Source of the DNA: Opitutales bacterium
Lineage (GTDB): Bacteria; Verrucomicrobiota; Verrucomicrobiia; Opitutales; T3Sed10-336
DNA length: 37,315 nt
NCBI GenBank assembly: GCA_007132315.1
Contig: SLOW01000286.1
Coordinates: forward strand, 1-37,315
Direction of reading: 5' to 3'
In this document: positions 23,882 to 31,893 of the stretch, piece after piece
Layout of the letters: each line of letters starts with the position of its first letter
How positions within the stretch are numbered: position 1 is the first letter of the stretch
Program-made: the position numbers and the translations under genes
The notes under the pieces: generated by a model
The model's input: the letters and a program-made list of their open reading frames with translations, nothing else
Told to the model about the DNA's origin: nothing
Databases searched by the model: none

Positions 23882-25762
23882 ATGTCCTCCTTGCTTGAGC
23901 GAATCGCAATCTGTAGCTGGTCGCTGCAACCTGACAATGCCGAGGCCCTTTTCAACCAGGTAAGGTCAGCCGAAATTCCTCGGGTTCAGCTGGCTCTTGA
24001 CCCATTGCGACTGAATCCGCGCGGTTGGGATCGTTTCCTCGAACGCTGCAGGGACAACGAAATTGAGATCGTCTCGGGCATGTTCGTCACGGAGGGTGAG
24101 GATTATTCTTCCCTGGAGTCGATCCGTCGCACCGGGGGCATTGCTCCTCATGCCACCTGGGAGACGAACCTGAAGAACATTCGGGCGAACGCCGAAATCG
24201 CCGCCGCGCTGGGCTTGAAATTGGTGACCTTTCATGCGGGTTTCATGCCTCACGATCCGAGCGATCCTGATTTTGAAATTCTGATTGGACGAGTTCGGGA
24301 GGTGGCCGATGTTTTTGCTGCCAACGGAATTGAGATCGCCCTCGAAACAGGACAGGAGGAGGCCGAAACCCTCCGTCACTTTTTAAAGGAACTGGGCCGC
24401 GCCGCTGTTGGGGTCAATTTTGATCCGGCCAACATGCTGCTCTATGACAAGGGGGATCCGATCGCCGCGCTGCGCGTGCTGAGCCCGTGGTTGAAACAAT
24501 GCCACATCAAAGACGCGAAAAAAACCCGTCAGCCCGGCACCTGGGGCGAGGAGGTTCCGGTGGGCACCGGAGAGGTCGACTGGCCATCCTTTTTCGACAC
24601 GCTCAGCGAAGTCGGGTTTACCGGCTATTGCGCCATTGAGCGGGAGGCGGGGGAGGAGCGACCGAAGGATATTCGGACCGCGTGGGAATTCGTGGCTCCC
24701 CTGGTTGGCGGTGGGGGTGCGGTTATCCGCTCCACGTCACCTGTTCGGGTCGGGATTGTCGGTACCGGTTTCGTGGCGGCGACGCATATCAAAGCTTATC
24801 AAAGGCTGGAGGGCGCGAAAATCGTGGGGCTTTGCAACCCTAGCGGCCGTAACCTCGACGGAGATTTTTCAAACGTCACCGGAAACATCGGCTCATCGGA
24901 TCCGGTGCGTCTGGATATGGCGGGTGTTGAGGCCTATCGTGATTTTGAACGGATGCTGGCCAATCCTTCCATCGACCTTGTTGATGTTTGTTCGCCCACC
25001 AGTTCCCACGTCGCACAAACGATCGCTGCCCTTCAGGCGGGCAAGCATGTGCTTTGCGAAAAACCGATCGCCAGGAGCGCCGAGCAGGCCCGGACGATGG
25101 TTAAAGCCGCGAGCGAATCGGCCTCGTTCTTCATGCCCGGAATGTGCCTTCGTTTTTGGCCGGAATGGGCGTGGCTGAAGCGGACGGTCGCGGAGAATCG
25201 TTATGGAAAAGTATTGGCTGCCCGCTTCCGGCGCGTCGCCGAACCGCCGTGGTGGGGGCAAGCCAACTACCTTTACGGGAAACACTCTGGTGGGGCCTTG
25301 TTCGATCTGCACATCCATGATACCGACTTCGTCCAATACTGTTTTGGCAAACCGCTTTCCGTCTTTTCCAGCGGTTACTCTAAATTCAGTGGCGCGATCG
25401 ATCACCTCGTCACGCAATATACCATTCCCGGCGGCGGCTTGATTCATGCCGAGGGAGGGTGGGCCATGACCCCAGGCTTCGGCTTCAGCATGGCTTACAC
25501 GGTCAATTTCGAACGTGCTACTGCCGATTATGACATCACCCGAACGGAGGCTCCGCTTCGGCTTTTCGAAGAAGGTCAAGCGCCGCGTGATGTTCGATGT
25601 GGAAGCGACGACGCTTTTTTTCTGGAGCTTAAATCGTTCTTGGATTCGATCCGCTGCGGAAAAGCTTCCTCGACGGTCACTCCGGAGGACGGGGTTGTGA
25701 CCCTGGAGATTTGTGAAGCCGAAGAAGAATCGGTGCAATCCGGCCGGCCGGTGTCTCTTTAA
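23882..25762 (+). CDS. fusion protein: xylose-isomerase-like TIM barrel (N) plus Gfo/Idh/MocA oxidoreductase (C)
   Basis: 626 aa. The N-half carries TIM-barrel blocks (LVTFHAGF, IALETGQE, NFDPANM, CHIKD). The linker is LVGGGGAVIRSTSP. The C-half carries VRVGIVGTGFVAATH and AGKHVLCEKPIA. Confidence 0.8.
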   Translation: MSSLLERIAICSWSLQPDNAEALFNQVRSAEIPRVQLALDPLRLNPRGWDRFLERCRDNEIEIVSGMFVTEGEDYSSLESIRRTGGIAPHATWETNLKNIRANAEIAAALGLKLVTFHAGFMPHDPSDPDFEILIGRVREVADVFAANGIEIALETGQEEAETLRHFLKELGRAAVGVNFDPANMLLYDKGDPIAALRVLSPWLKQCHIKDAKKTRQPGTWGEEVPVGTGEVDWPSFFDTLSEVGFTGYCAIEREAGEERPKDIRTAWEFVAPLVGGGGAVIRSTSPVRVGIVGTGFVAATHIKAYQRLEGAKIVGLCNPSGRNLDGDFSNVTGNIGSSDPVRLDMAGVEAYRDFERMLANPSIDLVDVCSPTSSHVAQTIAALQAGKHVLCEKPIARSAEQARTMVKAASESASFFMPGMCLRFWPEWAWLKRTVAENRYGKVLAARFRRVAEPPWWGQANYLYGKHSGGALFDLHIHDTDFVQYCFGKPLSVFSSGYSKFSGAIDHLVTQYTIPGGGLIHAEGGWAMTPGFGFSMAYTVNFERATADYDITRTEAPLRLFEEGQAPRDVRCGSDDAFFLELKSFLDSIRCGKASSTVTPEDGVVTLEICEAEEESVQSGRPVSL

Positions 25763-25788
25763 AATCTTTTATTTCGATAAAATTCCTT

Positions 25789-27069
25789 ATGAAAACGACA
25801 GTTCGCATCCAGCTCTCCGTCATGATGTTTTTTCAGTTCTTCGTCTGGGGAGCCTGGTTCGTGACCATGGCCACCTACCTCAGTGAAATCGGTTTCAGCG
25901 GGGCGGAAGTCGGGCGGGCTTACAGCACTACGGCGATCGCGGCAATGATTTCACCGTTTTTTGTCGGCATGGTCGCCGATCGCTTTTTCGCGACCGAACG
26001 GGTCCTGGGGGTATTCCACATCCTCGGCGGATTGAGCCTTTTCTGGGCCTCCACGATCACCGATCCCGGCCTCTTTTTCTGGGTTCTGATCCTCCACACG
26101 ATTTTTTATATGCCGACGCTGGCGCTGGTCAACGCGCTCTCATTTCACCAGATGAAAGTTCCGGGCAAGGAATTTCCCCTGATTCGTGTTCTGGGCACGA
26201 TCGGTTGGATTGCCGCCGGCTGGATGATTGTCGCGCTCAGCACGCTCAGCGGGTCAAGTATCGAGGCGACCAACACCCCCCTTCAGCTTGCCGCCGGGTT
26301 CGCGATCCTCCTGGGCGTTTATTGCTTCTTCCTGCCTCACACGCCCCCGAAGGCCGCGGGCAGGAAGGTCACCGCTCGCGACGTGCTCGGGCTGGACGCC
26401 CTTGAATTGATGAAGGAACGTTCTTTCGCGGTCTTCGTGGTCAGTTCGCTTCTCATCTGCATTCCGCTGGCGTTTTACTACAATTGGACGAATCCGTTTC
26501 TCAATGACGCAGGGATGGAGAATCCCGCCGGGAAAATGACGCTCGGCCAGATCTCCGAGGTGCTCTTCCTGCTGGTGATGCCGTTCTTGTTTGTGCGTCT
26601 CGGCGTCAAAAAAATGCTGATGATCGGCATGGCGGCCTGGGTTCTTCGTTACGTGCTTTTTGCCTTTGGGAACAACGAGGCCCTCGTCTTCATGCTTTAT
26701 TCGGGAATTGTTCTGCATGGCATTTGCTACGATTTCTTCTTTATTGCCGGACAGATTTACGTGGACAAGAAGGCCCCCGTCCAGATGCGAGGCGCCGCCC
26801 AGGGATTTATCGCTTTTGTAACGCTCGGGGTCGGGATGTTTATCGGGTTCAATATTTCCGGATGGATTGTCGATCTCAATACGGCGAATGGCATGTATGA
26901 CTGGCGGTCGATCTGGCTGGTTCCATCGTTAATGGCTCTCGCAGTTTTGATCGGGTTCACCCTGATATTTAGAGAGAAAAGTGCGCTTAAAGAAGCAAAC
27001 ATTGATCCCGGCGAGATTCCCCCGCCGGCGGACCCGGCGCCCGCGGATCAAGGCGGGAGAAGTGATTAA
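25789..27069 (+). CDS. MFS transporter, nucleoside:H+ symporter (NupG/YegT-like) family
   Basis: N-terminal signature LSVMMFFQFFVWGAWFVTMATYL. About 12 hydrophobic segments. The start lies 26 nt after the fusion gene stop. Confidence 0.7.
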   Translation: MKTTVRIQLSVMMFFQFFVWGAWFVTMATYLSEIGFSGAEVGRAYSTTAIAAMISPFFVGMVADRFFATERVLGVFHILGGLSLFWASTITDPGLFFWVLILHTIFYMPTLALVNALSFHQMKVPGKEFPLIRVLGTIGWIAAGWMIVALSTLSGSSIEATNTPLQLAAGFAILLGVYCFFLPHTPPKAAGRKVTARDVLGLDALELMKERSFAVFVVSSLLICIPLAFYYNWTNPFLNDAGMENPAGKMTLGQISEVLFLLVMPFLFVRLGVKKMLMIGMAAWVLRYVLFAFGNNEALVFMLYSGIVLHGICYDFFFIAGQIYVDKKAPVQMRGAAQGFIAFVTLGVGMFIGFNISGWIVDLNTANGMYDWRSIWLVPSLMALAVLIGFTLIFREKSALKEANIDPGEIPPPADPAPADQGGRSD

Positions 27070-27108
27070 CTTGACTTGAATGTCTGAGGGTATATTCCAT
27101 ATTCACAT

Positions 27109-27897
27109 ATGAAAAAGCGACACGGCTTCTTTTTTACACGGTGTGTTCCGCGGATTAACTCCCTTGTCTTGGCGATTTCGGCCACCTCCGCGGCGGTGGC
27201 CGCCTTCGGTGATGATACGCCGGAGCGGGACGGCTGGATCACATTGTTCAATGGCGAAAACCTCGACGGATGGCGCGTTTCCGAGGCCGCCGCGCAGTCG
27301 TGGAGTGTGGTCGATGGCGTCATCGATTGTGACCCCAGGAGCACCGTTTCGGGCGAGCGGGATATTTGGAGCAAGGACGCTTTTGGCGATTTTATCCTCT
27401 ACGTCGAGTGGCGTCTCACCGATACCCCGACCGTCGAGACTCGGCCGTTGATAGCGCCTGATGGCGGGCATGTGAAGGATGAAGCTGGTAACGTGGTCAC
27501 GGAGACTTTTCCAAATGCTGATTCCGGGATTTACCTGCGGGGAATGTCGAAGGCGCAGGTTAATATCTGGAACTGGCCGATTGGGTCGGGGGAAGTCTGG
27601 GGGTACCGTACGGACGACAATATGCCTGCCGAAGTCCGCGCCGACGTAACACCACGTATCCGGGCCGACAAAGAGCCTGGCGAGTGGAATACTTTTGTAA
27701 TCACGATGGTTGGTGATCGCCTTTCGGTCTTGTTGAATGGCCAGATGGTGATCAATTATGCACAATTACCGGGTGTCGCAAAAGAAGGACCCATCGGCCT
27801 CCAGTACCACGGCGGATTTAATCACGAGACGGATGAATACGCCCCTGCTTCCAGCCTGGTGCAGTTTCGCAATCTATTCCTGAAAGCGTTGGATTGA
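27109..27897 (+). CDS. secreted DUF1080 (3-keto-disaccharide hydrolase family) protein
   Basis: A signal peptide is followed by GWITLFNGENLDGWRV, W.V.DGVI, FGDFILYVEWR, NSGIYLRG, GPIGLQYHG and VQFRNLFLK. These are typical DUF1080 landmarks. Confidence 0.75.
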   Translation: MKKRHGFFFTRCVPRINSLVLAISATSAAVAAFGDDTPERDGWITLFNGENLDGWRVSEAAAQSWSVVDGVIDCDPRSTVSGERDIWSKDAFGDFILYVEWRLTDTPTVETRPLIAPDGGHVKDEAGNVVTETFPNADSGIYLRGMSKAQVNIWNWPIGSGEVWGYRTDDNMPAEVRADVTPRIRADKEPGEWNTFVITMVGDRLSVLLNGQMVINYAQLPGVAKEGPIGLQYHGGFNHETDEYAPASSLVQFRNLFLKALD

Positions 27898-28255
27898 GAC
27901 GGCTTTTTCAAGCTTCGGCAAAACGGATCCTCGCAAGATTGCGGGCATTCGCGTGGAAAATTGCCGAAATCCGAGGCGCAATGAGGGAAAAATCCTTGTC
28001 GTTAAGGGTGAAGTAGCGGATGCGGACGGTGGGGTGCGTGTTGCTCATAAATTATATTATCAAACTGATAATCAATAACATGAAACCAATTTTTGTTTTT
28101 TCTTCTCAGCTGGAAATTTCGTGGGAAAACATCCTCCATACATTTTCGAGGAAGCTCCGGCTTCTTCAGAAACAGGCAGCGCGTAACGATTTATCTTGAA
28201 TGATGCATCTCTTCGCGGTTATACATTCTTTGCAAATCAGTTTCACGGCTTTATT

Positions 28256-29323
28256 ATGTCTGACACAACCCGGAGTGACGCGTCGCGATTGATTAAGCGG
28301 ACACTTGCCAGTGGCACCTGCGTGGGGGCGCTGCCTACGGTACCGCCTGGGTCGCTCGAGAATTTCCAATACGTCGAGCCCGGCAGCGACTTCCACTTCG
28401 AGGTGGAGCGTTTCGAGGCCAACCCGATCATCCATCGCGAAATGCACGGGATGGTGGGCGACACGGGCGGGCGCGACAGGGGAAACAACATCAACGGGCC
28501 GTCGCTAATCAAGGTGCCGGACTGGATTGAAAATCCGCTGGGCCGGTATTACCTCTACTTCGCGCACCATCACGGGAGTTACATTTACTTGGCATACGCC
28601 GATGCGCTGGAAGGACCGTGGAAGATCCATCATGGAGGCGTGCTGCCGCTGGAGACGACACCCAGCTACGATGGTACTGCTAGCGATCACGTGGCCAGTC
28701 CGGATGTGCACGTGGACCACGAGGAGCGGCGCATCCGCATGTACTACCATGCCGTCCCCATGCCGGGCACGGACTACCAGTACCAGGCGTCGTATGTTGC
28801 GGTTTCGGATAACGGCCTGGACTTCAATCCGTTGGAAGAGATTCTGGGCCTGTTCTACTTCCGTGTCTTCGAGCGAGACGGTTGGTATTATGCCCTGGCC
28901 AAGTACATGAACGACGGAGGTGTGATGTACCGCTCGCGGGATCCGTTAAGCGGATTTGAACAGGGGCGGCGCATTCTACCTCGCGTGCGCCACATGGCGT
29001 TGTGGGAGCACGACGGCATGCTCTACGTGTTCTTCTCACGCGGCGGGGACGAGCCCGAGCACATGATGGTCTCGCGGATCGAAAATCTTGATGACGACTG
29101 GGAGGACTGGAAATTTACCGAGCCTCAGACGGTTCTAAAGCCCGAGAAGGACTACGAGGGCGTCGACCAGCCGATCGAATGTTCGCAGTTCGGTGCGATC
29201 CACCCTTTCGTTCACCAGTTGCGCGATCCCGCGATCTACGAAGAAGACGGACGGTTGTATTTACTCTACTCGGCCGCGGGGGAATGGTCGATCGCCATTG
29301 CCGAACTCCACATTCAAGAATGA
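28256..29323 (+). CDS. putative five-bladed beta-propeller glycoside-hydrolase-like protein (family not resolved)
   Basis: ATG 28256 (MSDTTRSD); the ORF track opens at TTG 28196. Blocks NGPSLIKVPDW..GRYYLYFAHHHG..LAYADALEGPW and RDPAIYEEDGRLYLLYSAAGE..IAIAEL resemble the GH43/GH32/GH117-type fold. This assignment is by eye. Confidence 0.45.
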   Translation: MSDTTRSDASRLIKRTLASGTCVGALPTVPPGSLENFQYVEPGSDFHFEVERFEANPIIHREMHGMVGDTGGRDRGNNINGPSLIKVPDWIENPLGRYYLYFAHHHGSYIYLAYADALEGPWKIHHGGVLPLETTPSYDGTASDHVASPDVHVDHEERRIRMYYHAVPMPGTDYQYQASYVAVSDNGLDFNPLEEILGLFYFRVFERDGWYYALAKYMNDGGVMYRSRDPLSGFEQGRRILPRVRHMALWEHDGMLYVFFSRGGDEPEHMMVSRIENLDDDWEDWKFTEPQTVLKPEKDYEGVDQPIECSQFGAIHPFVHQLRDPAIYEEDGRLYLLYSAAGEWSIAIAELHIQE

Positions 29324-29424
29324 AGGCAAAAATCATTCCACGCCGCCGTCTTCTGGGCACCATGCTCGCCGCTGGGGCCGGCCCTGCCGTGGCCGACACC
29401 GAACCACCCGCGAAGCGGCCTTAG
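29320..29424 (+). pseudogene. orphan Tat-type signal peptide stub (34 codons)
   Basis: Its ATG overlaps the upstream stop (ATGA). It reads MKAKIIPRRRLLGTMLAAGAGPAVADTEPPAKRP then stop. That is a twin-arginine n-region and h-region with no mature domain. Confidence 0.35.
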
Positions 29425-29449
29425 CCTCCATGCTGAAACCGTGACGGGT

Positions 29450-30424
29450 TCATTGGCCTAAATAGGCGCTGTGCTCCTGGTCCGCTTGACGGCGGATTGC
29501 CGCCTTGTCGTCGGCCTTCTCTTCCATCCTTTCGATCAAGAAACGGCCGGTCATTGTCCTGACCTCACCCTCGCTGAGTTCATCCGTGAAGAAAAAGCCA
29601 AACCGGCCGTAATCGCGCCAGGATAATTCTGTCGACCGGTTCTCCGGCCGGTTCAGCTGGGTTACTGAGTACCAGTTTCCGTGTAAAGGATACCGGAAGT
29701 TGACCCAATTGAGTTCGTCCGAAACGATCCGGCCACCTCCCGGCGAGAGGTGAGCGGGTGACCATAGGTACTTGGTATCTCCCCGAACTTCATCGACTTC
29801 CGCATCGGCTCGAAAATGTAAACCGGCGTGCTGCAAGTCTCCATGCAGTTTCAAATCCCGTTTCGCTGTCATTTCGGATCGATGATCCACAACCGTTCTC
29901 CCTCTCATCCGGGTCACTTCAATAGTACGCCGTTCGGCGACCAGCAAACCGTTACTTTCGTCGTCACGGTCGGATGAGAGCCAGTGAATAAGCAGATCGA
30001 GTCGTGCTCCGTCGGAGGTCGCCTCCTTCCGCTCAATGGAAATAAGTTCCATGCGTTCATCGCCTCGGAGGTGCCAGAGATCGTCGGAACCCAGATCGCT
30101 CTGAACCTGATTCCAACCGATGAAAATCCCGCGGTGGTGCGGAAAGCGTCCGCGTGTTTCGCCGTCCGAATCGATGCCGGGATTTGTTAGCCGGTGCCCT
30201 TCTTCGTCGTACACGCTCAAGTAGGGTTTTATCTGCCCTTCTTCTTGCGGGCCGTACACAAAGCCCGCCACCCTCGTCCCATCGTGATCAATCTCTATGA
30301 TCCGTCCCGGTAGTGCATCATTTTCCCGGTCAACAACGGTCCACTCGCTCCATGCAGACGTGTTTAGCGTAAAAATTGCCGTTGCCAGTATCAAGGTTAG
30401 CAATGCTTGGTGTTGATTCTTCAT
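29450..30424 (-). CDS. secreted PmoA-family/DUF6807-like protein
   Basis: Signal peptide MKNQHQALLTLILATAIFTLNTSA. The block RFPHHRGIFIGWNQV..DLWH matches my recollection of the family's HHRG(I/L)(F/W) motif. Confidence 0.5.
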   Translation of the reverse strand: MKNQHQALLTLILATAIFTLNTSAWSEWTVVDRENDALPGRIIEIDHDGTRVAGFVYGPQEEGQIKPYLSVYDEEGHRLTNPGIDSDGETRGRFPHHRGIFIGWNQVQSDLGSDDLWHLRGDERMELISIERKEATSDGARLDLLIHWLSSDRDDESNGLLVAERRTIEVTRMRGRTVVDHRSEMTAKRDLKLHGDLQHAGLHFRADAEVDEVRGDTKYLWSPAHLSPGGGRIVSDELNWVNFRYPLHGNWYSVTQLNRPENRSTELSWRDYGRFGFFFTDELSEGEVRTMTGRFLIERMEEKADDKAAIRRQADQEHSAYLGQ

Positions 30425-30539
30425 AATTAATCAATTCTAGTTTTACAATCAGGTGCACCTGTGAAACTGATGCCGTCCCCGCGGCCTATTAACTTTGCCG
30501 GATGTCGAGGCTGTCAATCCTTAACCGCTCATAATCAGG

Positions 30540-30985
30540 AGGGGGTCGGACGAAGTGTCGCAGACAAAGGATAACCACAACATGTTATCCTCGATTGATT
30601 TTATGTCCAGTATTGCTAAGCTGACTGGAGCGGAATTATCCGATTATGAAATCGACGGGGAAAAATCCGGGGTCTCATTCTTGGTTCTGATGGAGCGGTA
30701 AATCCTCATGACTGCTATTCAATCACCAGGATAGATCAATTCCAGGGGTTGATCAGTGGAGATGGAAAATGGAAATTGATGCTGCCGCACGAGTATCTCA
30801 GTGTGGTTTGGGGTGGCAGGGACGGAGAGCCCGGTACAAACCGTTAGGTTATGATCGACACAGCGCCATTCGATATGGTGCATGACCCCTATGAAAAAAT
30901 AAATGTCATCGATGAGTATCCGGATATCGCTGAACAAATGCTGCGGTATGCAGAAGAACATAGGTCGATCTTTTTCGATGAATAA
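30540..30985 (+). pseudogene. sulfatase C-terminal remnant (frameshift plus in-frame stops)
   Basis: One frame reads SSIDFMSSIAKLTGAELSDYEIDGEKSGVSFLVLMER*. After a frameshift it reads GDGKWKLMLPHEYLSVVWGGRDGEPGTNR*VMIDTAPFDMVHDPYEKINVIDEYPDIAEQMLRYAEEHRSIFFDE*. These match the typical sulfatase C-terminal blocks D..PT...L.G...P....DG.S and L(Y/F)D...DP.E..N. Confidence 0.6.
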
Positions 30986-31278
30986 TACATTGCGTCCCCA
31001 CGAGTTCAAGTCGACTGTTTTAGAAATGAATGCGACAATGGTGCAATCCGACCCACAAAGAGGTTCGTTGGTGCCGAACGCACGTGTCGTGACCTGCCCT
31101 TGAGGCCGCCCTATGTCACAATATGGGGGACCTTCCCGAACCGGGAACTACCCACGAATTTTTCTGAGGAGGCAAAATTTTTAAGGATAAGGACTAACCC
31201 GACGGATTGGGTCGTTATCATTCATAGCGGGGGAACGAGATTGGGTTGGGTTCGCATAGAGTGAACTCGTGAAGGAGT

Positions 31279-31893
31279 TTACATCTTCGGCATGATCCGG
31301 GCCATGTCGTCGTGAGGGCGGGCGATAACGTGGGCGGCGATCAGTTTGCCGAGTGTGCTGACCGCCTGCGCGCCGGCGTCGATCGCGGCTTTGACCGCCG
31401 CCACGTCTCCCTCGATGATGATGGTGACGTAGGCCGCCCCGATCTTTTCTTTGCCGATGAGGCGGACATCGGCGGTTTTGAGCATGGTGTCGGTGGCTTC
31501 GAGGATGGCGGCGAGGCCCTGGGTTTCAAGGATGCCGATTGCTTTGTTGTTTGTTTTCATAGGTGAAGGATCGGGGCGAATTTCGTCGCGTCCCCCGTAA
31601 AGAGCGTTGATGGTCACTGGGCCTGAGTTTAATTGATCGATCCCGGGGGCGAGAGAGGGGAGGAGCGTCGCGACGGGTTCGACCCCCATCCGTTGAGCCT
31701 CGCTGACGCCGACCGCAATGGCTGAATTCAGATCGGCCGGTCCGCTTCCTTGTAATCGGATGAGCACACGTTCGTCCCCGATCGGCTCGAGGCCGAGCAA
31801 GGTGACGTCCGCGGCTTTAAGCATCAACTCGGTCACCATCATAGTGATGGAGAAGAATGGCACTTCGACGAGCGCTATGCTGGCTGTTTTCAC
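31279..31893 (-). CDS. tandem BMC-domain shell protein (BMC-T-like; divergent domain 1, canonical domain 2)
   Basis: Domain 2 (nt 31294-31545) reads AIGILETQGLAAILEATDTMLKTADVRLIGKEKIGAAYVTIIIEGDVAAVKAAIDAGAQAVSTLGKLIAAHVIARPHDD, a close match to the PduA/EutM/CcmK pattern. Domain 1 (nt 31630-31884) reads SIALVEVPFFSITMMVTELMLKAADVTLLGLEPIGDERVLIRLQG. The GTG start overlaps the aldolase stop (TAGTG). The protein has no Cys. Confidence 0.85.
   Translation of the reverse strand: MKTASIALVEVPFFSITMMVTELMLKAADVTLLGLEPIGDERVLIRLQGSGPADLNSAIAVGVSEAQRMGVEPVATLLPSLAPGIDQLNSGPVTINALYGGRDEIRPDPSPMKTNNKAIGILETQGLAAILEATDTMLKTADVRLIGKEKIGAAYVTIIIEGDVAAVKAAIDAGAQAVSTLGKLIAAHVIARPHDDMARIMPKM

Noticed and set aside
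24893-25738. 281-aa minus-strand ORF opposite the GFO half of the fusion gene (likewise 35873-36739 plus-strand opposite MaoC/SBP)
   Set aside because: Both are antisense to ORFs with strong family motifs. Neither has motifs of its own.
27071-27096. TTGACT ... TATATT as a promoter for the DUF1080 gene
   Set aside because: The spacer is only 14 nt, outside the usual 16-19 nt range for sigma70-type promoters.
30719-31009. 96-aa minus-strand ORF
   Set aside because: It is antisense to the sulfatase remnant, whose plus-strand translation matches conserved sulfatase C-terminal blocks.
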